Notes under the pieces: generated by a model
The model's database searches: none
What the model was told of the DNA's origin: nothing
Seen by the model: only the letters and a program-made list of their open reading frames with translations
Program-made: the position numbers and the translations under genes
Assembly (NCBI GenBank): GCA_013239625.1
Contig: MU056050.1
Coordinates: 6,209,366 to 6,273,365 of the forward strand
Length of the DNA stretch: 64,000 nucleotides
Origin: Lama guanicoe
Lineage: Eukaryota
Direction: 5' to 3'
Shown here: positions 10,418 through 24,637 of the stretch, in pieces
Layout: each line of letters begins with the position of its first letter
How positions within the stretch are numbered: the first letter of the stretch is position 1

Positions 10418-12791
10418 TTTAAGCTAAGACTGGAAGGTTGAAGGGAGGCGATATCCACTCCGAGCAGGAAGGACTGCACATGCAACAGCTCTGAGACAGT
10501 AGGGAGTTGAGGATCGTATAGAAACCCAGTGCAGCAAGTGTGTCAAGTGTGAAAGAGAAAATGGTGGAAGATGAGGTTAAAGAGGTGGACAGGAGCCAAA
10601 CCATGCAGAGCCTTGTAGAGACTGGTAGAGTCTAGTCTTTTTCCTAAGAGCAAGTATAAGCTAAACATGTTCAATAGCTCACTCTGGCTATAGTGTGGAC
10701 AACAGGCAGGCTGGAGGTAGAGGGCACCAGTCAGGAGTTTGGAGGAGACTGAAATAATCCAGCAACTCAGCACTAAGTCACATTTTTTCTCCTGACAGAA
10801 TACAGGGACCTCCATAATCAGAGCTCTTCCATGTCCTTCCTCCTGATTCTTTGCCTGGTACCCAGTTATGGGACTATATCTCCTACACAAAAATCTGTTT
10901 CCCAATCTGAATCTGGATCTGAATCCCTAATACCCACTACTGTAATCCCTTAATAGTTAAACACCAGCTAATCTGGACTCTGCCAACTGCCAGCTACTGG
11001 GAGGACCATTGTCAACTGCAATGGCACTTCTGCTTAGCCATCAATCTGGTTCTTGGTTTAGTTTGTAATTGTGGATACTTGCACTCACACCTTACCTGCT
11101 CTTAGCCCTTGTGGTATGATTTGATTCCGAACCTACCCTGACTGGATTCCAGCCGCCAGGTACTCAAGCCTATAATAAGTAAATTATTAAACCCTATTAC
11201 ATCCTTGTCCCAGCCCCAGCCTTCCCCTAACCCACTAAGCCCTCCTGAATTCCCAAGTCTTGCCTACTCCAACCTGGCCTGTTCTACCACCACTCAAGCC
11301 CTAGCAGGTACTGTTGAAATGTTAGAACACCATTCAATAATTAACACAGCCTGAGATTCAGATCACATTCTGAATTGGATGTGGGCTGTTTGATATTCTT
11401 GGGCTCTTGTGATTATACAACTTAGGCCTGGTAAACAAGACAGAGATGCTCCTTTATAACACCCGAGCCCCCTCGTCCAGTTGCTAGGAAGTCAGCGCTC
11501 ATATTGAATGGATTTCCCTTAGGCTTCTTAGAAGTTTAATAAACAAATCTATTACATATCCTAGACTACAGGCATCACTTGGGTGACATCGCTGTATTCA
11601 CTCCAAGGCAATTACCCTGGGAGACAGGAAATCTCTCCTTCCTGAGTTGCTGGAAGACCATGTCAACCGTGTAGATCAGAGATGCACCTCTGAATGTGTA
11701 TGTTTAGGCCCGACTGATCGGGTCCATGCTCTTCATATTCAAGTCATCAAACTGCAAGTGAAGATGGCGGGAGGTGGCGGGGAGGGAGACGTGAAGCTAT
11801 TAATGGGTTCAAAGTCCCTCCACTTACTGGTCTTCAGCATTAGCGATCTCTGGACTTAGATCAAAGGAAGGGAAGGCAAGTGACCATGTGTGATGTTTAC
11901 AGACACAGAAGGCAGGTTTTTGGATTCAAGATCCTTCATCTGTAAATCTAGTACTTCTCATTGTAAAGACCAAAATACTTTGGCGGGGTGCAGTGGGGAG
12001 GAGAATTCTCCCCCAGAATGTCATCTCACTAGGAATCTGGGAGGTCTCCTGATCTGGGCCTGATGATGGTTTTCATGCCAGGGCTTGACGGCAAGAGTTT
12101 ACAGGTTAGAGCAAAGAATTCCTGGGAGCAGGAAACTCAAGGCTGTAAGAATAGAAATGAACCTGGCAGGTCCAGACCAAAGAGCTGAAGTTAGAGGACA
12201 TCAGGGGTTCGCAATAAACAGTAGAGGTGGAGGATGTCAGAGTACCAGAAAGAGACCAAACCCAACAAGGGCAGACTAAAGACATCCAGCCCCAAAGTCA
12301 AGGAGTTTGTAGGACTCGGCCAGCACAGGAAGTTCTTTTTATTTCTTTAAGCTTACTGGGAGCTCTGTGAGAGAGGCTTGAAGCTGGATTAGTCACAAAG
12401 ATGGTGCTCACAATCCAAGGTGTTGCGTTTTTCACGGGTTGGCCCCAGGACAAAGTATAATAGAATTTAGTTTTTAGGTTCCCTCTTTTCCCTTTTGGCA
12501 CCCTCTCATCCCAGGCATCACTTGCTGTATCTAGCCACACAGATCCCACCTATCAAGTCTATCATCACAACACCCCAGGGCCCAGAAATCCCTGCATCTT
12601 GGGCCCCCTTCCATGCTCTCTGCCAGCAGCCAGATCAAAACATAACAGACTGAATGCTGCCAAACACATTTTTCCTTTGTATTTTAGTGGAAGCTTTTAA
12701 CAATTGTGTCCTTTGGTGACAGTCCCCAAAAGGATAATTCTAATATTGGGAACTTTTGGCTGTCTAGCATATCTGGGAGAATTTGTAGGAC

Positions 12792-13253
12792 TAGTTTAAA
12801 ACAACACAAATTTATTCTCCTATGGTTCTGGAGGTCAGAAATCTGAAATGGGTCTCAATGGGCAAAAGACACAGTGTAGACAGGGCTTCCAGTTTCCTTG
12901 TGGAGGCCCTGAGGGGAAAATCCATTTATTTTGCCTTGGTCAGCTTCTAGCAGCTAGCTGCCTGTATTCTTTGGCTTTTGGTCCATTCCTCCATCTTCCA
13001 AGTGCATCACTAATCTCGGCTTCTGTCACCACATTGCTTTCTCCTCTGCCTCTGTCTCCTCCTGAATCCCCCTTAATAAGACCCTTGTGGTCACACTGGA
13101 CCCACCCAGATAAACCAGGCTACTCTTCCCATATCAAGATCCTTAACTTAATTGCATCTGCAAAGTCCTTTTTGCATATAAGGTAACACATTCAAAGTTT
13201 CCAGGGATTAGGATGTGGAAATATTTCAGGGTACCATTATTCACCCTGCCACA
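12792..13253 (-). mobile_element. MaLR LTR (MLT1D-like)
   Basis: TTAAAACAACACAAATTTATT...GTTCTGGAGGTCAGAAATCTGAAATG...CCTTAACTTAATT.CATCTGCAAAGTCC...CCACA. Confidence 0.85.
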
Positions 13254-13974
13254 GGGAACATTTCAAATTGTACCACAGTTCAAAGTTTTCTATGTCTGCA
13301 CATAGTTTATGAATTAGAGATTTTAAAGAAATGTGAAATAACTCAATAACTCAGTGTTACCTTTACCTGATGATAACAATCATCATCTTCCAAAGGCTGT
13401 ATACGGACGGAAGGAGGTGATGGTGGGGAGGGGTACATGTTACAAAAGCTCTGCACTGGGACATTTGGAATTGGCCTCTTACCTGAGTAACTCCACTGCC
13501 AATTAGGACCAGGCTCTGCCTTGTGCTTTCATTTGAAGCCTCATTTCATGACAATTCATTTCAGTGCTTCTGCTGCTTTTCCAATACAATTTACTCTTGA
13601 GCCCAAATGGTGCTCTCAGCCTGGTTGGAGATTGAAGGTCAGCTTCCTTCAACTCTGCCCTTGATGGTGGAAATAGGAAGTGGACATTTGGAAAATTTAT
13701 CTGGGGAGGGAGGGAAATTAAAACTGAAGGGAATCCAATTGTTCTTCAGAAACGTCTAAAGAAATTAGAGCAACGGTGATTCAAAATGACATCCTACTTA
13801 GTTTACAAGCTCCCAGTTGTTCGGCACTCTGTGGGGCGGGAGATAGCCTGAGTGTCTGTGCCCAGGGAATCGGCACGAGCCTCAGAAGCTGAGGGCAAGG
13901 ACACAGTAGTGAGCAAGACGGGACACTATCCAGCGCCATCGCTTCCAAATGTTTGCGTTCTAGGGAGAAATATA

Positions 13975-14235
13975 TATAATAACTACCAGTGATTGTGCAC
14001 TTACTATACACCAAGCCCCGTGTGAAGCACACTACATGTGCCTTGTTCTTTAGCCTAACCTTCATGACAACCGTGAAGGTGGTTAATATTACCTCATTTT
14101 ATAGGCCTGGCACCCAAGGCACAGAGATATTAAGTGACTTGCCTCATGTCTAAAAGTTCCTAGAAGGCAGAGGTAATATTTGAGTCCAGGCAGATCTGAC
14201 TCCAAAGCCCACACTGTCAGCCACTATGCTACGCG
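13975..14235 (-). mobile_element. MIR SINE
   Basis: CATTTTATAG..GGCACAGAGA..TTAAGTGACTTGCC...TCTGACTCCAAAGCCC. Confidence 0.8.
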
Positions 14236-14681
14236 GCTCCACATGGACACCTGGTTGGGGAATTCTGTGTTAGAGATGTGGAGGTTCCTGGTACCAAATA
14301 GGTCAGCATACCTGCTCACTCAAACTTGTCCTCAAGGACCTAATTTCCACGTTGGGGGAAGCCCCAGGGATGATTTCAGCAGATTTGTATGAATTATAAG
14401 TGAGATGTACGCATCTATACCTGTAAAAACCAATTATGTGATCATATGCTGGCCAAAACCAAAGGTAACATGGTACCTATATTGTGCAGGGAGAAACCCC
14501 CTTCTGGAAGAGAACTGCGTCTGACTAGGCTTTTAATTCCAACAAACATCCCACTTGGAATGATCCTCATGTTTCTCCTCATATGCACTTTTAAATACCT
14601 TATATCATCATTCCCTGCACGCCTTATGAATGGAAGGAAGCCCTAAGTCTCAAGTCCTCCCATCAAAAGCTTCTATATGTC

Positions 14682-14777
14682 TAGGGATGGGGGTTGGGAG
14701 GCACAAAGTATCAGGTGTCAGATAGGCTCAAGGAGTATGGTACAACACGGGGAACAGAGCCAATACAATACAATTTA
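14682..14777 (+). mobile_element. Very short L1 3'UTR insertion with 17-bp TSD
   Basis: TSD AAAAGCTT(C)(T/C)ATATGTC at 14665-14681 and 14778-14794; insert GGTGTCAGATAGGCTCAAGG..TACAACACGGGGAA resembles an artiodactyl L1 3'UTR. Confidence 0.7.
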
Positions 14778-16781
14778 AAAAGCTTCCATATGTCATCTGT
14801 TTCTAACCACCCAGACTGATTCAGAGGTATGAAGGGCTTCAAGGGCCTTGGAGCTGAGATTTTAAAAAAGAGAAAAAAAGAAGAAGAAAAACAAGGTATG
14901 TAGGTACCTAACTCAGAAGATTTAGGAGAGGTTGTAATTTGGAAGACTGATCACAGCTAAGGTTGTGCTGGGCCCTCAGCTTAATGATAGAGGCAGGGCG
15001 TTGTTAAGACCTGCTCCTTGGGAGCTGTCCCTGTGTCTCAAGCCAGCACCCCCTCCTGCATTACGAATTGTCTCAACTTCAGCAGGTTTGGGTCACTCAT
15101 TTAACGTATCTTTATTAAGGACCAGTTATGTGCCCAGCACTGTGCTAGGCACTGCAGGGGATACAAAGATGTACAAGGCACAATCTTGCTCAAGATATTA
15201 CATCTATCTTGCTAATCAGACTCCCAAACAAGTACCGGAACCATAGAAAAGTGCAGAAACAGTGATCAAGTTCACTTAACTCTGGGTCATTTTCCTTCTT
15301 GTCTTATTTTTGCCCCTGTCCCCTTCACTCCACAACTCCTCTGTTCTCATTCCTTGAACCTCAGATTGCCTTTCCTCTCCCCTCCTCAAGTTATGGCCCT
15401 TTTTTTCTCCTTCAATACCTTCCTGCTGCATTATGAAGATTTACCCCCAACTCCCTCTGATACCTGATACCCTCACCTATTCACAGGTATTGCACTACCC
15501 CAATCATAACGCATACATCACCACCATCAACGACAAAAACAATGCAACCTGTATTTGGAATTTAGAGACCATGCGAATCAAAGAACTGGCAACCACTTGG
15601 TGGCAGCATACCCAAATTCAAACAGCACTATTTCTAAGTGAGAAGGAACAGCCTGAACTTACAAAACTAAAGTTAGAAAATGCCAGATATGCAAAGTTAA
15701 AGTCAGAAAAAGATAACCATGTCACAGCTATAAAGTAGTATCAGCTATACTCAGGAAGACCGAATTGAGAGTGTTGCAGTCCTGATAACTGCAAGAGAGA
15801 GAAAGAGAGAGAGAGCAAAATTTATTACAGGAGTAGGGAGTACATCCTCCAGGCCATAGCTACAAAAAGAGCCCTGAGTCCTAATGTTTTAGTACTAAAT
15901 GCAGAAAGCCTATTGTCTCCATATTCCCTTAGAGAAAACTGAAGTTAGACTAATTGAATAATTCAGACTATTGGAAGCAATGATAAGCCAAATAAAAATG
16001 CATATATAGACATTTTTCTTTCTGGCATAATGGGCCATTAATAATAGGATACTTAAAATAATACAAGCAGCAAGTGTATGGCTTTGGGGAATGCACTCAT
16101 AGGGAGTCAAATCCTCCTCCGGGATTTGCATCAAATGTCAAATGAGCTTCCACTGATGCTGAAGGCGGTGGGCTGGCACAGATGCCCTGCTGGGGCTCTT
16201 GAATTCTACGAAAATACAGAGATCATATTCTAGTTCTTAAGAAGCCAGAATGTGATCATTATATTAGCAGTCCAGCACAACAACCTTTCCCTGGTATCTT
16301 TAGAAATGTGGGGCTCAGAATAGCTTTGCAATTGGCCCCTTAGTCAAATGATCTCCAATTGATTAAGAAATGTCTATGCCTTGCATCCTACATGCCTGAA
16401 AAACAAACAGCTTCTCTCTCTCTCATTAGAGCTTTTCTATTTTTAGAGGAGTCAGTCTAGAATTTTCATCCGTAATAAGACACCCAAGTCAAGAAGTTCA
16501 ATGCAGAAAAGTATGGAGTATTTTAGCTCAACTGGCATGCATATAGCCAAAGCCAATCAAAAAGCCTACTGAGTCCCTACTATGAACCCATCCTGTGCTA
16601 GCTGCTTAGGGGAGACAGGAAAAGTACACAGTACCTGGCCTCAAATGCTTACAATCCAGTTGGAAGATAAGATGAACATCTAAAACAATTAGACAAAAGA
16701 CAGAATGTGTTTTCAGTTGGATGCTTCAGAGACGAGGTGCTATGACATTGAGCAAAGAGGAATGTGAACATGGCCTAGGGT

Positions 16782-17250
16782 TGTCAAGAACTATGAAAGG
16801 TCTGAGATTTTACTCTAATTACAAGCCAGCAAGTTAACCTGCTGCAGCTGAATGGATCCTAGTAGAAAATATGAGACCCCTGGAGTAGAGATGAAGGATT
16901 ATTGCTCAGAGCAATAGCAGTAGCAGGCATAGCTGCATTTTGGCATTACTTCCAGAGTCCCAATTCCCTCAGGGCAATGTGAATAGGGCCATGTGACACC
17001 TGCCCATGAAGCAAGTTGCATTACAGGAGAAGATTTCTGAGTTTAGGGAACCCAAGCTTATAGAAGCTTTTGTAATAGGCAATAAGCATGCCTGCCTGCC
17101 TTTTGCTCAAGAGGGAGACATTATCTCTCTATGGAAAGGCTTTTCCTTATGCAAACATCCTTTAAAAAGACAGTCCAGAACAATGGGCAGTCAGCACCTC
17201 CTTTGTAAGACATTCAGATACACAAAAGACTCAATAGTTGGGTGAGAGTT
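16782..17250 (-). mobile_element. ERV solo LTR (MER89-like, subfamily uncertain)
   Basis: TGTCAAGAAC...GGTCTGAGATTTTAC...GGGAACCC...GGGAGACA.TATCTCT...AAACATCC recalled as an ERV1-class LTR. Confidence 0.6.
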
Positions 17251-18504
17251 CATGGTGTCCTGGCTCCGGTACAAGGTGCAGATCACAGCACAAATGGCTT
17301 ATGTAAATCCATATCCATTACAGAGCACATGTCCTAGAGATGAGGGATTTCCTAAAATGGCTAATAAAATTCTAAGAGGTACAGAGCTTCAGAACTTTGT
17401 CCAACACTTTCATTTTGCAGACATGGAGACTGAGTCCCAGAGGTCACGTGACCCTAATATAATTGTGATGTATGACTAGCATATTTTCTAGGTCTGATTA
17501 GACAGGTATATTCTGTGCCCACTGAACAGCATCCTACTTTTCATAGTAGGATGCTGGTTGAGCACCTCATTAGAAATAAAATTACTACCTGCACCAGGTT
17601 TACACTAATGTATTGACATCTACAGCACTCACTAAATGAACTGTAAATCCAATACACCGAAGGCTTTTTCCACTGAATCAAGTCAGGCTTCAGTCAAAAG
17701 AATTAGCATTGTGATCCACTTAATGCCTGGCATTTGCAGGGGGCCTCTGACTAGATCATTTTAGACAAAGAAAAAAAGAATTGTGGAGTCACAAAATAGT
17801 GCTGACATGTAAGTCACACGGCAAGCATCTTAACCCAGAGCTGGGAGTCTAAGGGCAATAATCAACTCACATTGATGACTTGGTGAAGCCATCTAAGGAT
17901 TAACAGTTCTTTGTTTACTAATCTGTGTGTTCTTCACAACTTGCTCCAGATCAAAAGTGTCATGAATTCTACTTGATTTGTCTATGAATAGCTTTGACCC
18001 TTCTCAATTTGCATAGTAGCAGAACTGTGGGAAAGGGTGAGGGGGACTACAAGAACTAGCCAGCACTAAAATGGAACCAAAGAATAGACAGACCTTCTTG
18101 TATTTATGGGGAATCTGGATGAGAATAATAATCCCAGAGGAAGAAAGTAAACCAAACCTAAATATATTTTCTGGTTGGGTTTCATGAAACCTGCCCAGAA
18201 AGTAAGGAGTGAGTGTTGAACAAATGAAAAACTCATGAGTTTCTGATTTTGTATGCAAATCCTGCCACAGTGTGAGAAAATATAACTCTTTTCCAAAGCA
18301 AGAGTATACTGGCATATAAAAGCCAAACAAGGAATGAAGTTAAGTGTATCCCTCAGCACGCCCCCACCATCCCTTCACTTCTAGGCTTCCAATGCCCCAA
18401 GGTTGACGAAATAGTCATGACCATATGTTACTGGCTTAAGATGAATTGGCTTTCCCTGGCTTCATAAATTAACAGGAGACTAGTGTCGAGATCAAGGGAG
18501 ACGA

Positions 18505-18900
18505 TAATCTCATTACACCTGGCAGTCCACACTTGAAATATCTTATTCAGTTGTGGACACCATATGTAACAAGAAACCTTGAAAACTAGTGTATCCAGAA
18601 AGGATCAACCAATACAATTAGGGGACTTGGATACTTAGCCTTTGAGGACTAGTTGAGGAACCTAAAGATGTTCAGCCAAGAGAAGACTTCAGGGGAAACC
18701 ATTAGTAGTATCTTCAAACTTTGGCAGGGTTATTATTTTTAATAAATCACTTAGTCTGGGTGACTCCAGAGAACAAAAATGAGGCTGTGGACCTGGTTGA
18801 AAAAGAAAACAGAATTCAACTCAGTGAAAGAAATAACTTTAAATAACTGAAGCTGTCTAAAAATGGAATGGTAACCACATAGAGCAGGATGAATCTTCTG
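18505..18900 (+). mobile_element. L3/CR1 LINE 3' fragment
   Basis: CACACTTGAAATAT.TTATTCAGTTGTGGACACC, GATGTTCAGCCAAGAGAAGA, GCTGTCTAAAAATGGAATGG. Confidence 0.7.
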
Positions 18901-20224
18901 AGTAAAAGGCTCCATTTTCAGTGTTACCCTCTCCCAGGGGGCTTATTACACTCACAGGGTCTGGGAGTCAGGACCTTAAAGCAGCATGCATCCACTAGAC
19001 ACCAGGACACTCCAACCTCTGGCTGCAAAGCCTCTGGCATTCTGAACCAATTAGAATAAAAACAATCCATCTCTGAGCAGAAAATCTAGATCCTGCAAAT
19101 ACAACTTTTAGTTTTTTTTTCCTTAGAAACTTCCTATCATAGGACCACAGGATGTTGGAGGAAAAGGACCTCTAAAATCATCTAAGCTTCTGATTAAGTC
19201 CATATTGCAGACTCTGTGAACCAAGGATGCCCAAGAAAGTTGCAGAAGAAATACTTGTGGACAACTTGAGATGTTACATCAACTTACATTATTCTTGCCT
19301 TTAAGTCTATATACTCTTAAGTTCCTTTAAAAATTAAATTTCTACTTTCTTTGTGCCAGGCTGACAGTGCCAATGATTTTACTCTTTGCTGCTTCTAGCA
19401 TCTTCTATCAGTTCACTGGAGAACCAAGCTGAGCTGTAGCCCAAATCACAGCATTGACTATGCTCTGTAAGCAAGAGCCCCTGACACATGTAGTATGACT
19501 AATGCTCCCTATAGCTCCTGCTGGGCTGTAGACATTTCTGAATAGTTTCCATACCCTTCATCCAGCTCTCTGGCGCATGCAGTGTATTGCATGCTTCCCC
19601 TCCACTACAAAGAGCCCCACTGCAGGTATAGTAACTCTCAACTCAGGGTCTATACCAACAAAGAACCAAGGCAGTAGATCTTCTCTCCGTCTTACGACAT
19701 TTTCCACTCATGTAAGTATGCTGAGGTGCGCCTTATTGGCTCAGGACCCACTGCACAGTGAAGAAGAGAAATTAAGATATGCACATGGCTACTCCTGCCT
19801 CTCTTAGTTTTTCTCACAGTGCAGACACAGAAGAGAAGAATGTTCCCCCTTCTGTTTTCTGTCTATTCAAGCCTGGCTGTTGATATGCTAAAGAAGGAGA
19901 TTTAGGGAATTTAGAAAAATCCTCTCTCCACAGTGTCTAGCTTTTAAGCTGTATTCTTTGTATTGAATTCTATTTTGAAGGTCAAAAGCTGAAGGTTAAT
20001 GTTTTCTTTCATATTTTATTCTCAATCTCCTTTCCTTAACAGTAGATGGATGTCTTGAGCTAAGAAAAAAATATCACGTACCCCAAAATGCAAATAAGAA
20101 AACTACATTTATATTTTTTCAAGCTATTTCCTCTATTACATGTATTATCATTTATTCAGCACTATTCATGGTATATGCATTTTATATATGCTACAACACT
20201 ATGTATAAGTCATGATTTTTTCAG

Positions 20225-21210
20225 AAGCATATGAGAGAAACCCAATTCAAACTATTTAAACAAAAATAGGGGACTTATAGAATAAAATCATGCCATTTGC
20301 AGCGACATGGATTGACTTGGAGAATGTCATTCTAAGTGAAGTAAGCCAGAAACAGAAAGAAAAATACTATATGATATCACTCATATGTGGAATCTAAAAA
20401 AAGGAAAAAGAAGACACTAATGAACTCATTACAAAACAGAAACAGACTTGCAGACGTTAAACAATCTTATGGCTACCAGGGGGAAAAGGGGTGGGAAGGG
20501 ATAAAATGAGAGTTCGAGATTTGCAAATATTAACTACTATACATAAAAATAGATTAAAAAGCAAATTTATTCTCTATAGCACAGGGAACTATATTCAATA
20601 TCTTGTAGAAACCTATAATGGAAAAGAATATGAAAGCGAATATATGTATGTATATGTATCACTGAAACATTATGCTGTACCCAGAAATTGACATACTGTA
20701 ACTGACACATTGTAACTGACTATACTTCAATTTAAAAAAATAGGGGACTTATAAATTAGGAAGCTTAAAGGGTAACCTGCTTCGGGAACAGTGGAATGAA
20801 GAGCTCGAGTACTCTATCCTCTCAAATCTATGTTCTGTGTATTGGATTCACCCTGTAGATGACTCTCCATGTACAAGGGAAGACGATGGCCCATAGCCCC
20901 AGGTTTGCATGCTCCCAGTTTAGATATCCAAATAGAAAAGTATGTTTATTTCCATCCCAGCACCCAAAAGCCAATCCAGAGAAGACACATGCTTAGCCCT
21001 GCTTAGATCTGTTGCCCATTTCTAGACCATTGTGGCCAAGGGATAAGATACTGTAAGAGGCTCATCCTAGATTATACCATCACCACTATAGCCAGGGTTA
21101 GGGGGCCTCATGATTAGCGACCCCGCCAGAATCACATGGAATGGTGGGACAGTCCTTCAAAGGATGTAGAGGGCTGAACATAACAAAACATCAGATGTTG
21201 ACCACACATG
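20225..21210 (-). mobile_element. Old MaLR LTR (MLT1 group) hosting the L1 above
   Basis: GAGAGAAACCCAATTCAAACT start; TGGCCC.TAGCCCCAGG and TGCCCATTTCTAGACCA..GTGGCCAAGGG motifs. Confidence 0.5.
20280..20735 (+). mobile_element. 5'-truncated young L1 with perfect 18-bp TSD
   Basis: TSD AAAAATAGGGGACTTATA at 20262-20279 and 20736-20753; ends CTGACTATACTTCAATTTAAAAAAA. Confidence 0.93.
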
Positions 21211-21539
21211 CATCACCTCAATCCTTAAAATTCTTCAACTTATTCTCATTTAATTGAAATAAGCTAAATATCTTCCCCAAAGTCACCTAGCTGTGCAATA
21301 GAGCCCATCTTGACTGATTCCCCATGTCCTTTCTCTTTCCCCTACATCTTCTATATTTCAATGCCACTCCACCCTCCTTGAGTGGTATCCAGTGCCCTCT
21401 GCTTCCAGCTTTTAATCTTAGTCAAAACCTGCTCTGAGAAAAAGAGCTGACAAACTTTCACAGTCAGCTTTCTGACACTGAATGCCTGAGATCCAGGTAT
21501 TCCTCCCAGGGAAAATTGCAATTTAGCATGTATCAACTT

Positions 21540-21790
21540 GAGGAAGCAAAATGGCTTCATAATTAAGGGGATGAATTTGAGATTCAGACAAACCTGAATT
21601 TCAGTCTTGTCTCCAACACTTGCTAGGTGTGTGATCTTGGGAAAGTTGTCACTTTGAACTTCAGGCTAATTCATCTGTAAAATGGGAATAATAGCACACA
21701 CCGAACAATGATGTAAGGATTGACTGAATTAGCTATGTTAAAGTTCCCAGCCAAAAACCTATCACAAAGTTCATGTTAAATAAGTATTTA
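21540..21790 (+). mobile_element. MIR SINE
   Basis: CAGACAAACCTGAATTT...TGTGTGATCTTGGGAAAGTT...CATCTGTAAAATGGGAATAATAG. Confidence 0.85.
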
Positions 21791-22352
21791 TTTCCCCTAT
21801 TGCTAAGGCATAATTCAAGTTTTGTTTTTTAACCCATAGGTGAGGAGTTTGGGGAATGCCAGAGGCCTTTCCTGTTCCTCTGAAATCATATCATGGTAAT
21901 GTCTTATATGTATATAGCCTTAGCATCTTAAAATAGTTCACCTATCTTAGCTCTTTTGATCATTTTAAGAACCCATAAGGGATGCAGAGCAAACCTTATT
22001 AAGTGCTATTTCACTGACTAGGAAATGGAGGTCTGGGAAAGTTGTCACTGAGATGTTTTGCCTTCTAATCCAGAACTATCTCCTAGTGGATAAGATCATA
22101 TCTTTTGGTTGTCATGGTGGGAGAGAAAATACTTTCCTCTCTCTAGTTTCTCACATGGAATTTTTTCTCCGAACCACTAGGTTGTTCAGTCTGGGCTGTT
22201 TTCATGAGTTCATCAGGGATGCCACAAAAAACTTCCTTTACATATAAAACTCACTTCAGTGAAACAAACCAAAGAGTACTACCTCTCGTAGTTGATAATA
22301 GTTTTTGTTGTTGTTTCAAATGATAAATTTTGCAAGATTAAAATTATTCAGT

Positions 22353-22424
22353 CTTTTTTTTAATTTGATTTTTTAATTTTTATTTTTTAATTGAAGTATA
22401 GTCAGTTTACAATGTTGTGTTAAT
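22353..22424 (-). mobile_element. Minimal young L1 tail (about 35 nt plus poly(A)) with TSD
   Basis: TSD AAATTATTCAGT at 22341-22352 and 22425-22436; insert TTGAAGTATAGTCAGTTTACAATGTTGTG. Confidence 0.8.
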
Positions 22425-23859
22425 AAATTATTCAGTTTTAAATGTCCTGCCATGTGGAATACATTCCTTCCACAAACCTTTGCTTCTGGTACTTCTCAGC
22501 AGGGATATGGTGCTCTCTTGTGAGTCTCTGCCTCATTGATTGTCTCTCCCACTAGAAGGTCCACCTGAGGACCAGGCCTGTGTCTGATTTATTGCTGTAA
22601 TCCCCAGCTCTCAGCACAGCGCCTGGCCCACAGGCTGAGGAACTAAGTTAAGCCAATACTTGTCAAATAAAGTGATCATTGCACAAGGAGAAAACTGTTC
22701 TATTGATTTAACAACAATTAGAGGATGGACCCTGCCCTCCGGGAGCTCAGTGCCTACTTGAGAATGTTTTATGTCCCCCATTATAAGATCCTGGAGATCA
22801 GTGGCTGGGTCTTAGTCATCTCTGTAACCCCATCACCTAGAATAATTCTTGACACAGCCAGTGCTTCTTAAAGTTGCCCACTTAACTCTCCCTAATGGTA
22901 GAGTAGATACCTATTCCTGAAAGTGCCCTTCACAAGCAGAATAGTCTTTGAAGCCTTGCACTCTACCTTAAAAATTCATATAAATATTATATTCTACTCC
23001 ACAACACAGCCATTTATACTTCTTAAAAATGTTTAAAATTACTTAATACTGAGTAAAAATATGCTCCAGAAAGATGCCCATGTGACGCTAACTCAAACAC
23101 CCATCCAAGTAGTTAAGGTGCTGTAGATGCCCCTTCGCAGGCTCAGTGGAGGGCTTGGTGGCAGTTTTCTTGAAGGACCTGGTCTTCCCTGAGGCTTATT
23201 GGCACAATTAGGAGTGAGGATGAATTGTGCTTGAGCGTCTGTCTAAAGTGATTTCCCAAAATGTCCCCAAATGTCAAGCTTCAATTGCTAAACTAGGCTG
23301 CATTCCAGAAGCAGGAGAACACAGCTTTCCTTGGGGAAAGAGGAGCAGGGAGTAGGGATGGTGGAGGAAGGACTGGCCTCCCTGGGGGCACTTTGCTTTG
23401 CATCAGACTTGGGGAACTCCTGTGGTTCAGTCACTGACCCCATCTGAATATATCTGCTCTGACAACATTGGGCCTGAGTGTGTCACAAGACCATCGTTGT
23501 GCCGAGAGTGAGGGGACATGGCAGATGAGAAAAGAGCAAAAACAACTCAAAAAGAAAGGGGAATGGGATGGTACTACTTAAAATTATTGTTCTACAGAAA
23601 AAAACCAAAAACAAAAACATCAGTTGGGATGAAGTAGAGAAAAATAAAACAGTTTTCAGGAAACCAGTACCTATGATTCCAAGGCCAGTTTTGTTGTTGT
23701 TGTTACTCTATTTTATGGCCTAGACTGAGCCCTGGTCCCAGGCCTTCCTGAGTTCCCAACCCAGGCTATAGTCCGAGACCTAACTCCGAAAGTCATGTCA
23801 CAAAGTGAGTGCATGGCCACAAATGGGACAGCTAAAATAAGGTGAAAGATGCAGAAAGA

Positions 23860-24032
23860 CCAGCACTGATCAACTTTAATGTGCATATCAGTCACCCGAG
23901 AATCCTGTTAAAAATGCAGATTCTGATTCAGGAGGTCTGGAGAGGGGCCCAAGATTCTGCATGTGGTTAACAGGCACCCTGGTGATGCCCAGGCCTGCTG
24001 ATCCAAAGACCGCATACTGAGCAGCAAGGGTC
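23860..24032. mobile_element. MER5A-type hAT MITE
   Basis: TGTTAAAAATGCAGATTCTGATTCAGGAGGTCTGG..GGGGCCCAAGATTCTGCAT...GGTGATGCC. Confidence 0.8.
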
Positions 24033-24637
24033 TAGATCTGGACCTCTTCCCAGTAATGCTCACCTCCTGCATTCACTCCTTCAGTTCTGACAGTCCCTAT
24101 GGGAGCCCTTGAGATTTCAGAGAAAAGGTGCAATTTGAATTTACAGCAATCAACTTTTACTCCATGCTCTCCTTATACTTAAGTGCTTCTTTTTGAGCGC
24201 AATGCACTGCAAATAACCCTGTCTCCCAGAGTGAAGAAAAATACATCGGGAGCAAAGGAAAGCAGGCAACAGGCAACAAGAACGATAACAATTTGGGCAA
24301 AAAAATTATCTCTAAGTTACTAATGCCTGTGACCCAAGACACTAATACAAATCTAATACAAGTATGGGGGAGAGGAATAAAATGTATGGTGTGTACTATC
24401 TTGTAGGTACGCTATGACAAATACTGACAGAGACAGCTCAGTTAACACAACCACCAAGGGAAGTAAGGGGAAAGACTCTAAGCATGCTGCTAGCACATAA
24501 TAACTGTTCAGTAAACAGTAACCTCTCAATAAATCTTTAAACTAACAAAGACAGTTTTCAGAAAGGCAAGACTGGTTTGGGCAAGAGCAGGGTTACATAA
24601 TGGGAACCAGAAAACCTTAGAAATACGGAGGAAGTCT

